The translations under genes were made by a program, and so were the position numbers. From Macrostomum lignano (Eukaryota), in the NCBI GenBank assembly GCA_002269645.1, contig NIVC01000896.1, positions 186,001-250,000 of the forward strand: 64,000 nucleotides of DNA. The letters run 5' to 3'. Shown piece by piece: positions 24,314-36,900 of the stretch. Under the pieces are notes generated by a model. The model saw nothing but the letters and a program-made list of their open reading frames with translations, was not told the DNA's origin and did no database searches. Each line of letters opens with the position of its first letter. Within the stretch, counting starts at the first letter, position 1.

Positions 24314-27300
24314 TCACTCAGCAATATAGATATAGTAGACCCAATATCCGAGATTGAACAGCACAAATGACAAAGGGAACGCGGCCCGGGAAATTCGGTC
24401 AATCATTTCGGCACTGCTGACATTGTCCTCTTCCAGGTAGCCGTCTTGACTGCCAAATGGCGACGGCGCCTGCCGTTGCGGTTCAACTCGAATCTGCTGT
24501 TGCTGCTGTTGCGTTGCTGCCGTTTGTCTCTGCCGCAGCCCAATTGTTGCAGAAAAAGCAGCCGAAGACGCTGAAGTAGCAGCGACAGGTCCGGAGTGCG
24601 CGTTGATGCGCTGGAGCAGCCTGTCGGAGTCATTGACGTCGTAGTTGGAGTTGCGATTAGTTGATTCCAGATCGCGATTCATGTAGGCCAGGGGAATGTC
24701 CTCCGGCCGGCTCTGCTGTGAGTTGTTTGTTGTGAAGGTGTCAGTATAAACAATCAGTATTCGCAGGAGGGATTGCAGGCACCCTGGCGCCATGCCTTTG
24801 GGGGGGATGACGCTCTAATTCTAATTCTCAGTTATTCCCTAGAAACATGAACTTTCTTCACTTTGCTTTTTTGGGGCAATCAGCCTCTCAAAGTAGGTTT
24901 TGGAAGCTGTTACTATGTTATAGTTTTGGCCTAGAGGTTAGAGCGTCGGACTCGCGACTTGAAGGTCGGGGGTTCGATTCTCGACCCACTCGGAACAATT
25001 TGTGTCCTTGAGCAAGACACTTAACTCTACATTGCTTCAGGTCACCTAGCTGTAAAATGGGTGCCAGCATTAGCTGGTGTAATTGAGGGTGTGTGTGGCG
25101 ACCCCCCAGTCCTTGGACTGAACAGCCGTACGCAGCCTTCAGATGCGCCGCGCAATAGCTGCGGCTGAGCTGTCGGTTGCACATCTGGCAAAGATAGATA
25201 AAACTCTTTTCTGGCTACTGAAATAGTCCAACTTTATAAGTAGTCACTCTTGTCTCTAAAGTAATCGAAATGAAATGCCATTTCCAAAACCTGAGGAAGA
25301 TGCCAGCTTGAAAATTTGTTCGCATGTCAAAAATTTTTTCGCGAAATCATTTTTTATCAGCTGTCAATCTGACGTGCTGCGTATACTCTCATTGAAAATC
25401 CAAGACTCGGCCTCTGACAGATAAACTGTCACTAAGTCTTGTGTGCTTATCTGATCATAGATTTGTTTTACTGGTAGAATATAGCTGCACTATTCACCTG
25501 ATGGAAGCGACCAGTTGTTCCAATGTGTGCATCAGTGGCGTCACAATGTGTGCATCAGTGACATCACAATGTGTGCATCAGTGACATCACAATGTGTGCA
25601 TCAGTGACATCACAATGTGTGCATCAGTGACATCACAATGTGTGCATCAGTGACATCACAATGTGTGCATCAGTGACATCACAATGTGTGCATCAGTGAC
25701 ATCACAATGTGTGCATCAGTGACATCACAATGTGTGCATCAGTGACATCACAATGTGTGCATCAGTGACATCACAATGTGTGCATCAGTGACATCACAAT
25801 GTGTGCATCAGTGACATCACAATGTGTGCATCAGTGACATCACAATGTGTGCATCAGTGACATCACAATGTGTGCATCAGTGACATCACAATGTGTGCAT
25901 CAGTGACATCACAATGTGTGCATCAGTGACATCACAATGTGTACATCAGTGACATCACAATGTGTGCATCAGTGACATCACAATGTGTGCATCAGTGACA
26001 TCTCAATATTAGTAGAAAGAACCGAGCTCAGACTTTAAAGTGACTTTTCTTCATACTGGCGTAAATTAGTAGTAAAATAGTTGCGTAACATTATGCACTA
26101 ACAAAACTCTGCGCAGAAACTCTCACCTTGCTGTGGCCGCAGCTCTGCACCTGGTTCAGCAGAGCAGCCTGGGCTTCTCCGTTTCCACCGGAGTGAAGCC
26201 GGCCGCTTGTCAGCCGTGTCTGTTGCAGCTGCTGGTACTGCATCGATGCGGCCTGGTGGTCTGGTGCCTGCTGACCGGAGTCCAGGATGCTTCGCAGATT
26301 CTCCCAGCGCTCCAGAGAGCTGTGACGCCTGGCCAGAACATTGGCGATGGCGTACTCTATTAGGGCGCCGAATACAAACACGAGACAGGTGGACATCCAC
26401 ACATCGATGGCCTGTTGATTGGGAGGTTGGTAGTGTTGGGTGGGATATTGTTGGATGATTGGTTGTTAGATGAGAACTTGTTGGATAGGAGGTTGTTGGA
26501 TGTGAGGTTGTTGGATAGGAGGTTGTTGGATGGGAGGTTGTTGGATGTGAGGTTATTGGATGGGAGATTGTTGGATGTGAGGTTATTGGATGGGAGGTTG
26601 TTGGATGTGAGGTTGTTGGATGTGAGGTTATTGGATGGGAGGTTGTTGGATGTGCGGTTGTTGGATGTGAGGTTGTTGGATGGGAGATTGTTGGATGTGA
26701 GGTTATTGGATGGGAGGTTGTTGGATGTGAGGTTGCTGGATGTGAGGTTATTGGATGGGAGGTTGTTGGATGTGAGGTTGTTGGATGTGAGGTTGTTGGA
26801 TGGGAGGTTGTTGGATGGGAACTTGTTGGATAGGAGGTTGTTGGATGTGAGGTTGTTGGATGTGAGGTTGTTGGATGGGAGGTTGTTGGTTGTGAGGTTG
26901 TTGGATGGGGGGTTGGTATTGTTGGATGGGATGTTGGCAGTGATGGATGGGAGGTTGGTAGCGTTGGATGGGAATTTTTTAGGGTTGAGTGGAGGTTGGT
27001 AGGTTGGTAAGAATCGAAGGTCTGAGTCTACGGGGGAGGGGGCAGCTTCGCACAATGGAAATGTTATGTGAAAACTTTAAACCAAAAGTGCGATCTCTGC
27101 GATAGACTGTGTGAAGTCATGGTTGTAGCCCCAAAAAAGAATTGAAAAAATCGCATCTTAGTAAGTTGGCACCGAGAAAATATGATCAGAAGAGATCACT
27201 TGGAAAAAGAAGCAAAGAGCCTTCGATCAGAGAATTTTGCTCAGCGTAACATTCTCAGCCTTTATTCCCCAAAGGGGAATTTCAATTAGAGCCCTGAGAG

Positions 27301-27538
27301 GAAGCCAAATTGCATTATTCGTCTTCAGAGAGAAGTCCTGGAAGGCATCAAAGTCACGAAGCAGCTGAGAGGGCGGTTTCCCTGAGGCAATAAGAGAATA
27401 GAAGGCGCCCAGGTTACTTTTGTGCTGGCACTTCACTGAAAGTGTGATGACCAAATACCAGCGCGAGTTGGGAGCTCTGAACTCTTTTATGGATGAGCAG
27501 CCTTACAAACTTGCTGACTCTCGCTGGGACTGGGACTT

Positions 27539-27570
<32 letters not shown>

Positions 27571-27580
27571 ACTGGGACTG

Positions 27581-27654
<74 letters not shown>

Positions 27655-27713
27655 ACTGGGACTGGGACTGGGACTGGGACTGGGACTGGGACTGGGACTG
27701 GGACTGGGACTGA

Positions 27714-27750
<37 letters not shown>

Positions 27751-27772
27751 ACTGGGACTGGGACTGGGACTG

Positions 27773-27810
<38 letters not shown>

Positions 27811-27916
27811 ACTGGGACTGGGACTGGGACTGGGACTGGGACTGGGACTGGGACTGGGACTGGGACTGGGACTGGGACTGGGACTGGGACTGGGACTGGG
27901 ACTGGGACTGGGACTG

Positions 27917-27954
<38 letters not shown>

Positions 27955-27958
27955 ACTG

Positions 27959-27996
<38 letters not shown>

Positions 27997-30900
27997 ACTG
28001 GGACTGGGACTAAGATTTTGTTAGACTTGACTCAGTAATTCTATATGAATATTGTTGCACAAGTGCTCAGAAAAAATGATCAATTGAAAACACTGATCAG
28101 GTTCAATTTCCCCATCGTTTGTAAATTGAAATCTGAGATTTGGCACAAGCCAAGCAAATCTAATTAGAAATTGGAGAAGATTCTTAAAGATGTACTTTAA
28201 GGATTTTTTTACAGCTTCATGAAGTTTTCATTTTTATTACACACAGGGGATGTGTGCTGCCGATTCAGCCGACTCCACTAAGCAGGTAGTGATACGCACA
28301 GGCACACACTCACACAGGAGTGTACAGCGGCCCTAACTTTAATCGCTTGGCATGTACACTCTTAGCCCTTAGAGTTGGCCCTCAAGGCCGTTAATTGCAC
28401 GAGCAGAGCCAAGCCGAGATTGCAATTTAGCCCCAAAAAATAATCCGACTGCACTTGGAATCGAGCCTGGGCCGCTAGCACATAAGACCCCACTAGCTCC
28501 ATGAAGTTTAATTAAAACAAAGTTGCCAAAATGGCAGCGAAAAAAAGCCTAAAGGAGAGTGCAGCTCAACCCAACCGACTCAGTTATGCGCCACCAGACT
28601 GGCAGATCAGTCATGTATGGGTCAGTGGGTCACTGGGGAGCTGGTCGTTTTCTTCAAGTTTCTCTCAGAGTTTCAAACGACGAGCAGCGGGGCGTGACAA
28701 GAGAAGTGAAGGGAGGAGTTTCTGTATCCACATCCCCCGTGATTTTCTTCCTCCACTGAGGGAAATCGATGGGTGCTGGTCTATATTTATACTGCATGCG
28801 TTCTCAGCTGCTTTAAGGGGCTTCTCTTGAAATCTGCCAGATTAGAGAGTGAGTTGCCTCTGGATACTGATTATTTTAAGAGTGCTCTAATCTACAATAA
28901 TCCACTCTAATCTACTCTGCTCTACTTTAATCTACTCTAATCTACTCTAATCTACTCTAAGCTATTCTAATTTACTCCAATCTACTCTAATCTACTCTAA
29001 TCTACTTTAATCTACTCTGCTCTGTTCTGCTCTAATCTACTATACTCTGCTCCACTGTAATTTACTGTAAATCTGTAAATCTACTGTAATTTACACTAAT
29101 CTACGTTTTTATACTAATACTCTACTCTATTCTACCCTACTCATTATACCCAATGCTAAACTTAGATAAACTATGCTGCTCAAATTTAAACATTAACTAT
29201 TAGCTATTTCTGTCTTTAAATGAGCTGCATTCTCAACACGCAACAAAATCCACGGAAAACTAAATCACAGGCCTTCTCGACCGCTGCCACTTCAACCATC
29301 TGACAGAAGGCAGCTGCTCGAAGCCACTTCGAAACCCCGCCGATCAAAATTATGTTCTGAGCGCCGGCTTCGCTGTCTAATGGAATTACCTCACGGCCAA
29401 CCCACGGAATGGAAGTGTCCAGTACAGAAAGTGCTCGACCTTCGAAACCTTTCAGGTTGTCTTCCAGTTTTGTCTGAACGATTCGAGAAGGCTCGATCGA
29501 GAAGCTGTCTTAACCACACACACGCGTAAGCATTTCCTCATCGAAAAATTCCAACATTTTCTCCATAAACTCGGATCCATTGATGCTCGCGAAGGCTTTG
29601 CACAAGTGCGCACCGCAACTAACAAATCTTTCGTGGGAAAAAACCCTCTTGTAGAGCGGCGTGCAAGGAGACCCGAGATGAGAGTGATCGATGAAACCTT
29701 ATTTCTCTCCTTATCTCATCCTTCTTTCATCGCACGCCTTGGGGCGAATGGTGGCTGGGTAAGGGAGTAAATCTAATGCCTGCTCTCAATGCAGTCTGTG
29801 GAGCTGCTCCTGATCTCTTGGCTCTTGCAGTCAAAGATTTTATGCGAATGGAATATTTCTGGTGAAGTGTCATAGGGGGTGTTTCAGTTCTAGCTGTACC
29901 ATAGTTTACCATGAGACAGTTTCCCTTGCGTTGTAGGTGTGTCACGTTCGTGAAGTAAAGTCTAACAGCTTACAAAAGTTCATGGCAGTTTACCTTTGTT
30001 TTTGAGTACTTCTAAGGTTATATCGACAAATTATTCTTCTACTTACCTTGGTTAAGGCAATTCTATACAGTCAATGTAACAAGATTAAGAAAGCAAAATA
30101 TGACCCTATGAAGCACGATGAATAGCACCGAATGACCCCGTAAAGCACCGAATGACCCCATGAAGCAAGAGACAGTTAAATTCACCTGCCGCTAAGACAC
30201 CTGATTAGTCAGCTGCAGCTAATTTCACCTGATTAGTCAGCTACAGCTAATGACACCTGATTAGTCAGCCACAGCTAAGACACCTGATTAGTCAGCCACA
30301 GCTAAGACACCTGATTAGTCAGCCACAGCTAAGACACCTGATTAGTCAGCCACAGCTAAGACACCTGATTAGTCAGCCACAGCTAAGACACCTGATTAGT
30401 CAGCCACAGCTAAGACACCTGATTAGTCAGCCACAGCTAAGACACCTGATTAGTCAGCCACAGCTAAGACACCTGATTAGTCAGCTACAGCTAATGACAC
30501 CTGATTAGTCAGCTATAGCTAATGACACCTGATTAGTCAGCTACAGCTAATGACACCTGATTAGTCAGCTGCAGCTAATGTCACCGGCAGCTAATTTCAC
30601 CTGATTAGTCAGCTGCAGCTATGATTAGTCAGCCACAGCTAAGACACCTGATTAGTCAGCCACAGCTAAGACACCTGATTAGTCAGCCACAGCTAATGAC
30701 ACCTGATTAGTCAGCCACAGCTAATGTCACCGGCAGCTAAGACACCTGATTAGTCAGCTATAGCTAATGTCACCTGCAGCTCAGACACTTAAATAATCAT
30801 CTGAAGGTAATTCCCACATTACAGTCCAATTCACCTTGATATAAGACACCCTAGGCAGTTGGCCCAACGCTCCAGAACTCTGAGTAGTCATGCTGAGCAC

Positions 30901-33900
30901 AGTGAGCAGTCCAAGGCTAATCCTGGCCGGCACAGCTCTGACATCGATCCAGAAGGACACCCAGCTGAGTATGACAATCAGGATGCTCGGTATGTAGGTC
31001 TGGATCAGGTAAAAACCTGACTTTCTATTCAAGTAGAATGTCGCAATCAGATAGGAGTAGTTTCCTGGAAAGTTTGTTTTATGTAAATTAGCTGGGTTTC
31101 TATAAGTACATGAACCCTATGAATTTCGCTCAGCCATTTTGTCACTTTAATAAAACCTTGCAATTTGACACCACTTACATAATTATTGGCACCAGCCCTT
31201 GTACTTACTTTAGTTAGCGCTTCTTAGCTCCCCTGTTGGCACCCTTTAACATCCTTAGTTAGCGCCTCTCTTTGCACTCTTAGTTAGCGCCTCTCTTTGC
31301 ACTCTTAGTTAGCGCCTCTCTTTGCACTCTTAGTTAGCGCCTCTCTTTGCACTCTTAGTTAGCGCCTCTCTTTGCACTCTTAGTTAGCGCCTCTCTTTGC
31401 ACTCTTAGTTAGCGCCTCTCTTTGCACTCTTAGTTAGCGCCTCTCTTTGCACTCTTAGTTAGCGCCTCTCTTTGCACTCTTAGTTAGCGCCTCTCTTTGC
31501 ACTCTTAGTTAGCGCCTCTCTTTGCACTCTTAGTTAGCGCCTCTCTTTGCACTCTTAGTTAGCGCCTCTCTTTGCACTCTTAGTTAGCGCCTCTCTTTGC
31601 ACTCTTAGTTAGCGCCTCTCTTTGCACTCTTAGTTAGCGCCTCTCTTTGCACTCTTAGCTAGCGTCTCTCTTTGCACTCTTAGCTAGCGTCTCTCTTTGC
31701 ACTCTTAGCTAGCGTCTCTCTTTGCACTCTTAGCTAGCGTCTCTCTTTGCACTCTTAGCTAGCGTCTCTCTTTGCACTCTTAGTTAGCGTCTCTCTTTGC
31801 ACTCTTAGCTAGCGTCTCTCTTTGCACTCTTAGTTAGCGTCTCTCTTTGCACTCTTAGTTAGCGCCTCTCTCTGCACTCTTAGTCAGCGCCTCTCTCTGC
31901 ACTCTTAGTCAGCGCCTCTCTTTGGATTCTCAACTCACCTGTCAGGTATTTTACCACCCGATTCTCCGTACTGATATTCGGCGGTGTGACGAATTCCGGC
32001 AGCTCCAAGTCGTCGCTGAACTGCACGCGATCTTTGGTTTTGTTAACCCACTCGAATATCAGCTCTTCGGTTGTGTAACCGTCTGGAAGATGCACACTTT
32101 TCACGTTACATTAAATCATTATTATTTCTTAAATAGTGTCAAAAGGGACCGCTTTGGATGCAGGAACTCATGCAGGTTCGGATTGAGGTACAATTTAAAA
32201 GCAGAGTCTCTTAATAAAAGCTCCACTTTGCTACTGTTGTATACCTTTAAAAAGTATTTCAAAAGCAAAATATCTTTTTTTAAACTGTGGCTGCCCTTAA
32301 TAATTTTCAAACGTAGCCTAATGCTCTGATTTGCCAGCAGCCCAGGCTCGATTCCGAGTGCAGTCACATTAAATTTGGGACTAAATTGAAATCTCGGCTT
32401 GGCTCTGCTCGTGCAATTAACGGCCTTGAAGGACAACCGCCAAGGCACCGTGAAGTGTACATGCCTAACGATAATATAAAGTTAGGGCCGCTGTACACTC
32501 CTGTGTGAGTGTGTGCCTGCGCGTATGACTGCGTACGTATCCGCGCGCTTGTGATTCTTGTGACTAACTTCAATAGCAATTTGAAAAGTCTAAAAAATTC
32601 TATCTTCATGTTAAAAATTTACTGCTAACAAAAAACTGCAAACTATACGCCCACGGGAAGCTTCCCATCGGAGGATATTTCTGTGGGAAACTTGACAAGG
32701 AATTTCAGTCAATCCTACAGTTTTCTTACAGATTTTAGAAAAGTTCGGCTTCCCCAAAACAGGCACCTAATATCCCATTTTTCGTGGGAAACTTGACAGC
32801 GCACAAGGCCTACAACCGCACCCTTATTCCACGAACAAGCCAAAACACAACTCACAGCTTTCCATCTTCAAGTGGCACCTCTGCTGATCCATTGGAAATT
32901 TCTTCAAGTCCATGTTGCAGGAGAGTTTCACGGTCAGCCTGAAGTGATGAGTATATGTGCTCAGCATTTGCGACACGATGTCGTCAAAGACGTGCTCACT
33001 GCCCCCTGTGTAATATTATATCATTGTAGGGACTAGAGTCTCACGTTACGTTCATAACTATTCCCATCATTTTCAATCCCATTTTTAAGCTTTAGATTTT
33101 CAAAGAAAAATCGTGTTTGTCTTGACTGAAGCTTTTCCTGGGTGGTTCCTACCCAGAGTTGGTAGAGTTTAATTACACAGAGTTCTACAAGCCAAGGTAG
33201 AGTGCATTGTCTTGTTCTCTGTTGTCAATTTCATCTTTCTTTTTTGTCTTCTTCCTGTCTCTTGTTTGCGCTGTTCAACAAACATTTTTCAGTCCTTAAG
33301 TCTTCGAAACTTACAAAATATGAAAGCTAACAAAATAATTTAGTTGTGTATTCATGACTTTATTACAGTGATTAATTGATTGTTTCATTAAATTTGAAGC
33401 AGACGAGTGTGACAGATCAAAGACAGATGTCTGTCGATTAACCTGTAACAGACAAGTGTGACAGATCAAAGACAGATTGTTATGGTTAACAGCTGTAACA
33501 GCCAAGTATGACAGATCAAAGACAGATTGTTATGGTTAACAGCTGTAACAGACAAGTGTGACAGATCAAAGACAGATTGTTATGGTTAACCTGTAACAGA
33601 CAAGTGTGACAGATCAAAGACAGATTGTTATGGTTAACAGCTGTAACAGACAAGTATGACAGATCAAAGACAGATTGTTATGGTTAACAGCTGTAACAGA
33701 CAAGTATGACAGATCAAAGACAGATTGTTATGGTTAACAGCTGTAACAGACAAGTATGACAGATCAAAGACAGATTGTTATGGTTAACCTGTAACAGACA
33801 AGTGTGACAGATCAAAGACAGATTGTTATGGTTAACCTGTAACAGACAAGTGTGACAGATCAAAGACAGATTGTTATGGTTAACCTGTAGCAGACAAGTG

Positions 33901-36900
33901 TGAAAGAACAAAGACAGATTGTTATGGTTAACCTGTAACAGACAAGTGTGACAGATCAAAGACAGATTGTTATGGTTAACCTGTAACAGACAAGTGTGAC
34001 AGATCCAAGACAGATGTCTGTCGGTTAACCTGTAACAGCAAATAATTCCGGTAAAAAAAAATAAAAAAACTGGCTTACTTTTGGCTGTACGTGACACGAC
34101 CAGTTGGGTTGACTCTCAGCAGCAGATTCGGAGTCGTGATCTCGTGAAACGAGCCCTCCTTCTCGTTGATGAAGTAGAGATCTGGCACCCATAACTCGGA
34201 CTTCTTTGAGTTCAAAGTCAGTGACTGGTTGTAGCCCCGGTGAGCATAGGCTAGCCTGGTGTCGTTCCAGTACTGACGCAGGAACATGTTCACAGAGTAG
34301 TCCTGTGAGATTTGGAGAGTGATCGTCACTTGACAATTCCAATATGCTGCTAAATTAGTCAATATGATACTAAAAATGTTATATTTCTTGTAAATGAATT
34401 TAAATCGTTTGATTAGTCTTAATAAACAGTGAAAAAGTGCTAGCAAACTACATTTATGGCTAAAGGCGCGATAGCTACTTCGTATATCAGCATGCAGCGA
34501 CACTACAGAAAAAAAACTTCTTGGTTAGTAAAATCGAAAACAAAAATTAGGTTTTCAGAAACTTTTTCAGATGTGGATTTTGCATTTTGCAAAGCGTGTG
34601 TGCTCTGATTTTGTCAAGAATTAATAGTAATTTTTATGCATTTTGTTTTACTGTGTATTAACTGATTCAAACCGACTATTGGCCAATCGTTTTCAAGTTT
34701 AATTGCATTCGTTTATAAGCAACACTAATTTAAACCATAGCTTAGTGTTGAAGTAGATATAACATTTATGAAAGAATATAATTATCTTTCTAGTAGTTTT
34801 TGAAAAAAATCAAATTGTATATGTTTGTTCAAAGTGTTTCCACTTCTACCCGTGTGATAAATACGAAAATAGATAATCTGGTAGCTTTCATTTGTTTTCA
34901 TAGCGATGTCTATGTATAATGCCTCAGTTACAATATTTATTGTCAGTTCCGTCTCAATCTGATCCACAATTGACAATATTAGTTACTCGGAAATAAAGTC
35001 TTGTTAGTTCAAAAAGGTAAATAAAAGCAAGAAAAAAATACGCCACTATTTTCACCGCAACCCATGAAATGAACAGAACGGCCTAGTCCAATTTTACGGC
35101 ATGATGTACTCTGTGCTACCTAAAAATAGAACCGCTCACCCCTTAATGTACACACTGTCTAGCCCATCCCATTCTACGCTCGTACGAGTAATGAGCCTAA
35201 ACCATCCCCAATCTATCTGAGAGAGAGAGAGAGAGAGTAGTCAATCGATAAAACGAACATTCTTACCCCAATGTACACTAGCATGTGTACACACGCCGTT
35301 CCCTTACTAACGCCCAAATTACACAAAAATCAGAAATCTTATTAAACAGAATGTTAAGTAGAAAAAATTTTGGATAGCTAGTGTGAGCGCTCCTTCGGCT
35401 TCTTACCATGTCAATCACATCGATGGAGCTCATGGCGTGCACCATCAGTGATACTCTAACTATCGTGGTATTACCTGAGCAGAGTATTTTTTAAATAAAT
35501 AGTAATAACAATAATAACAATAGTGAGGTCTACAAATGAAGATCTCTAATATAGCTGATGTTCGTAAAAAAATATATAAACTTGTACGTTGTACACCAGT
35601 TTTGATTTTTAAAAATGTACGTGCAAAAGCCTTGCTCAGTGCATAACATGAAAGCCAGCGTGCTAAATAGTACAAATTGATTTCACTCTTTAATAACTGT
35701 CTTGCAAAACGCAAGCAATAAATGCAATGATTTTATATTCTAAATAGATTGAAATATGCATAAGTGAGGTCTCATATCTACGCTCGCAGCTACCCATCAT
35801 GGTTCGGAAGTTTGTTTAGATTTATTTGTATTATGCACACTAATTATTCTAAGTAAGGTGTAAGATGGTGCAGAAGTTTCAAGAGCTCCAGAGGTTAGAA
35901 GAATAAGAAGATCTACCATGTACAACACTCTGCAAAATGGTGAAGTTTCCACCAAGAAACAAGAGGTCCATTTTCCTCAAAGCTCAGCCCAAAATGACGT
36001 AATTTGTCTTAACCGTGTGAATTAATGCAATTTGCGTCACAATGCTATTGGATTTGGCAAGATTTTAATCAAAGCTGCCCACTTGTTGGCCATTATGGTT
36101 ACGGGTTGGAAACTTTAACATGTTTTGAGTGTACTTTTAGGTAAGGTAGACAGAGGGCCTTCAAAATATTTCACAGGCATGCAAATGCCATTCTCATATT
36201 TCTGGATTGAACTTTCCAACTATTTTAGAGGATCAAGGACTGATTCCAAGTCGGCATAAATCTGCCTTTACTCACCATTGTTCGCTCGTTCACACCGCTA
36301 ATAGCGTGAATCATCACGCTCACATACACCTTTAGGACAGAGCCTGAAACCATGACGTCATGTTGTGCATGTGCGCAATGTACATGCGTTGGCTTGGTAC
36401 CTATTAATCCTCTGTACACATGTGAGCCATTGATACACGAGTTTTCTAATAGCAAATTCAAATGAGAACAGGTCATGGAGCCCTAGATAAAGGCATCTGG
36501 ATTGGAAAAAGCTAGTCAGATTCGTGGCTTAACAATTCTGTTTCTCACAAAATATTACTAAAAGCGAGACTCCGATGCCTGTAAATCCTGCATATTCCAC
36601 TTGAGCCTGAGTTCTGAGCCTGAGTTCGGTGCGAGGCAGCGGATGTGTCGGGGACTAAAATGCCGCCAAAGATTTGAAAGGCAGCGTCAAATCTGCATAT
36701 AAAAATTGCTTCAAGAGTTTCTGGGTTGAATAATTTTGCACTCTGGATATCAAATTCTAGGCTACCATGGGCCAGTGGACTCACAAAAGTACTTCAGAGC
36801 CAGACAGCTTCACGCAAATTGAAAATTTGTCTTCCATTTATTTTCTCGCAATTTTTTGTCACAAATTGTTGCAATGATAAACAAACTGAAATATTATAGT

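Noticed and set aside
24925-25000. tRNA-like sequence as a true tRNA gene
   Set aside because: No complete acceptor stem; continues into a SINE body shared with another copy.
26360-28038. ORFs (NNLTS)n, (RLLDV)n and (TG)n
   Set aside because: Repeat-derived frames inside channel intron 7.
21660-31920. Regular 23-27-bp repeats superficially like CRISPR arrays
   Set aside because: No unique spacers, no cas genes, eukaryotic intronic context.
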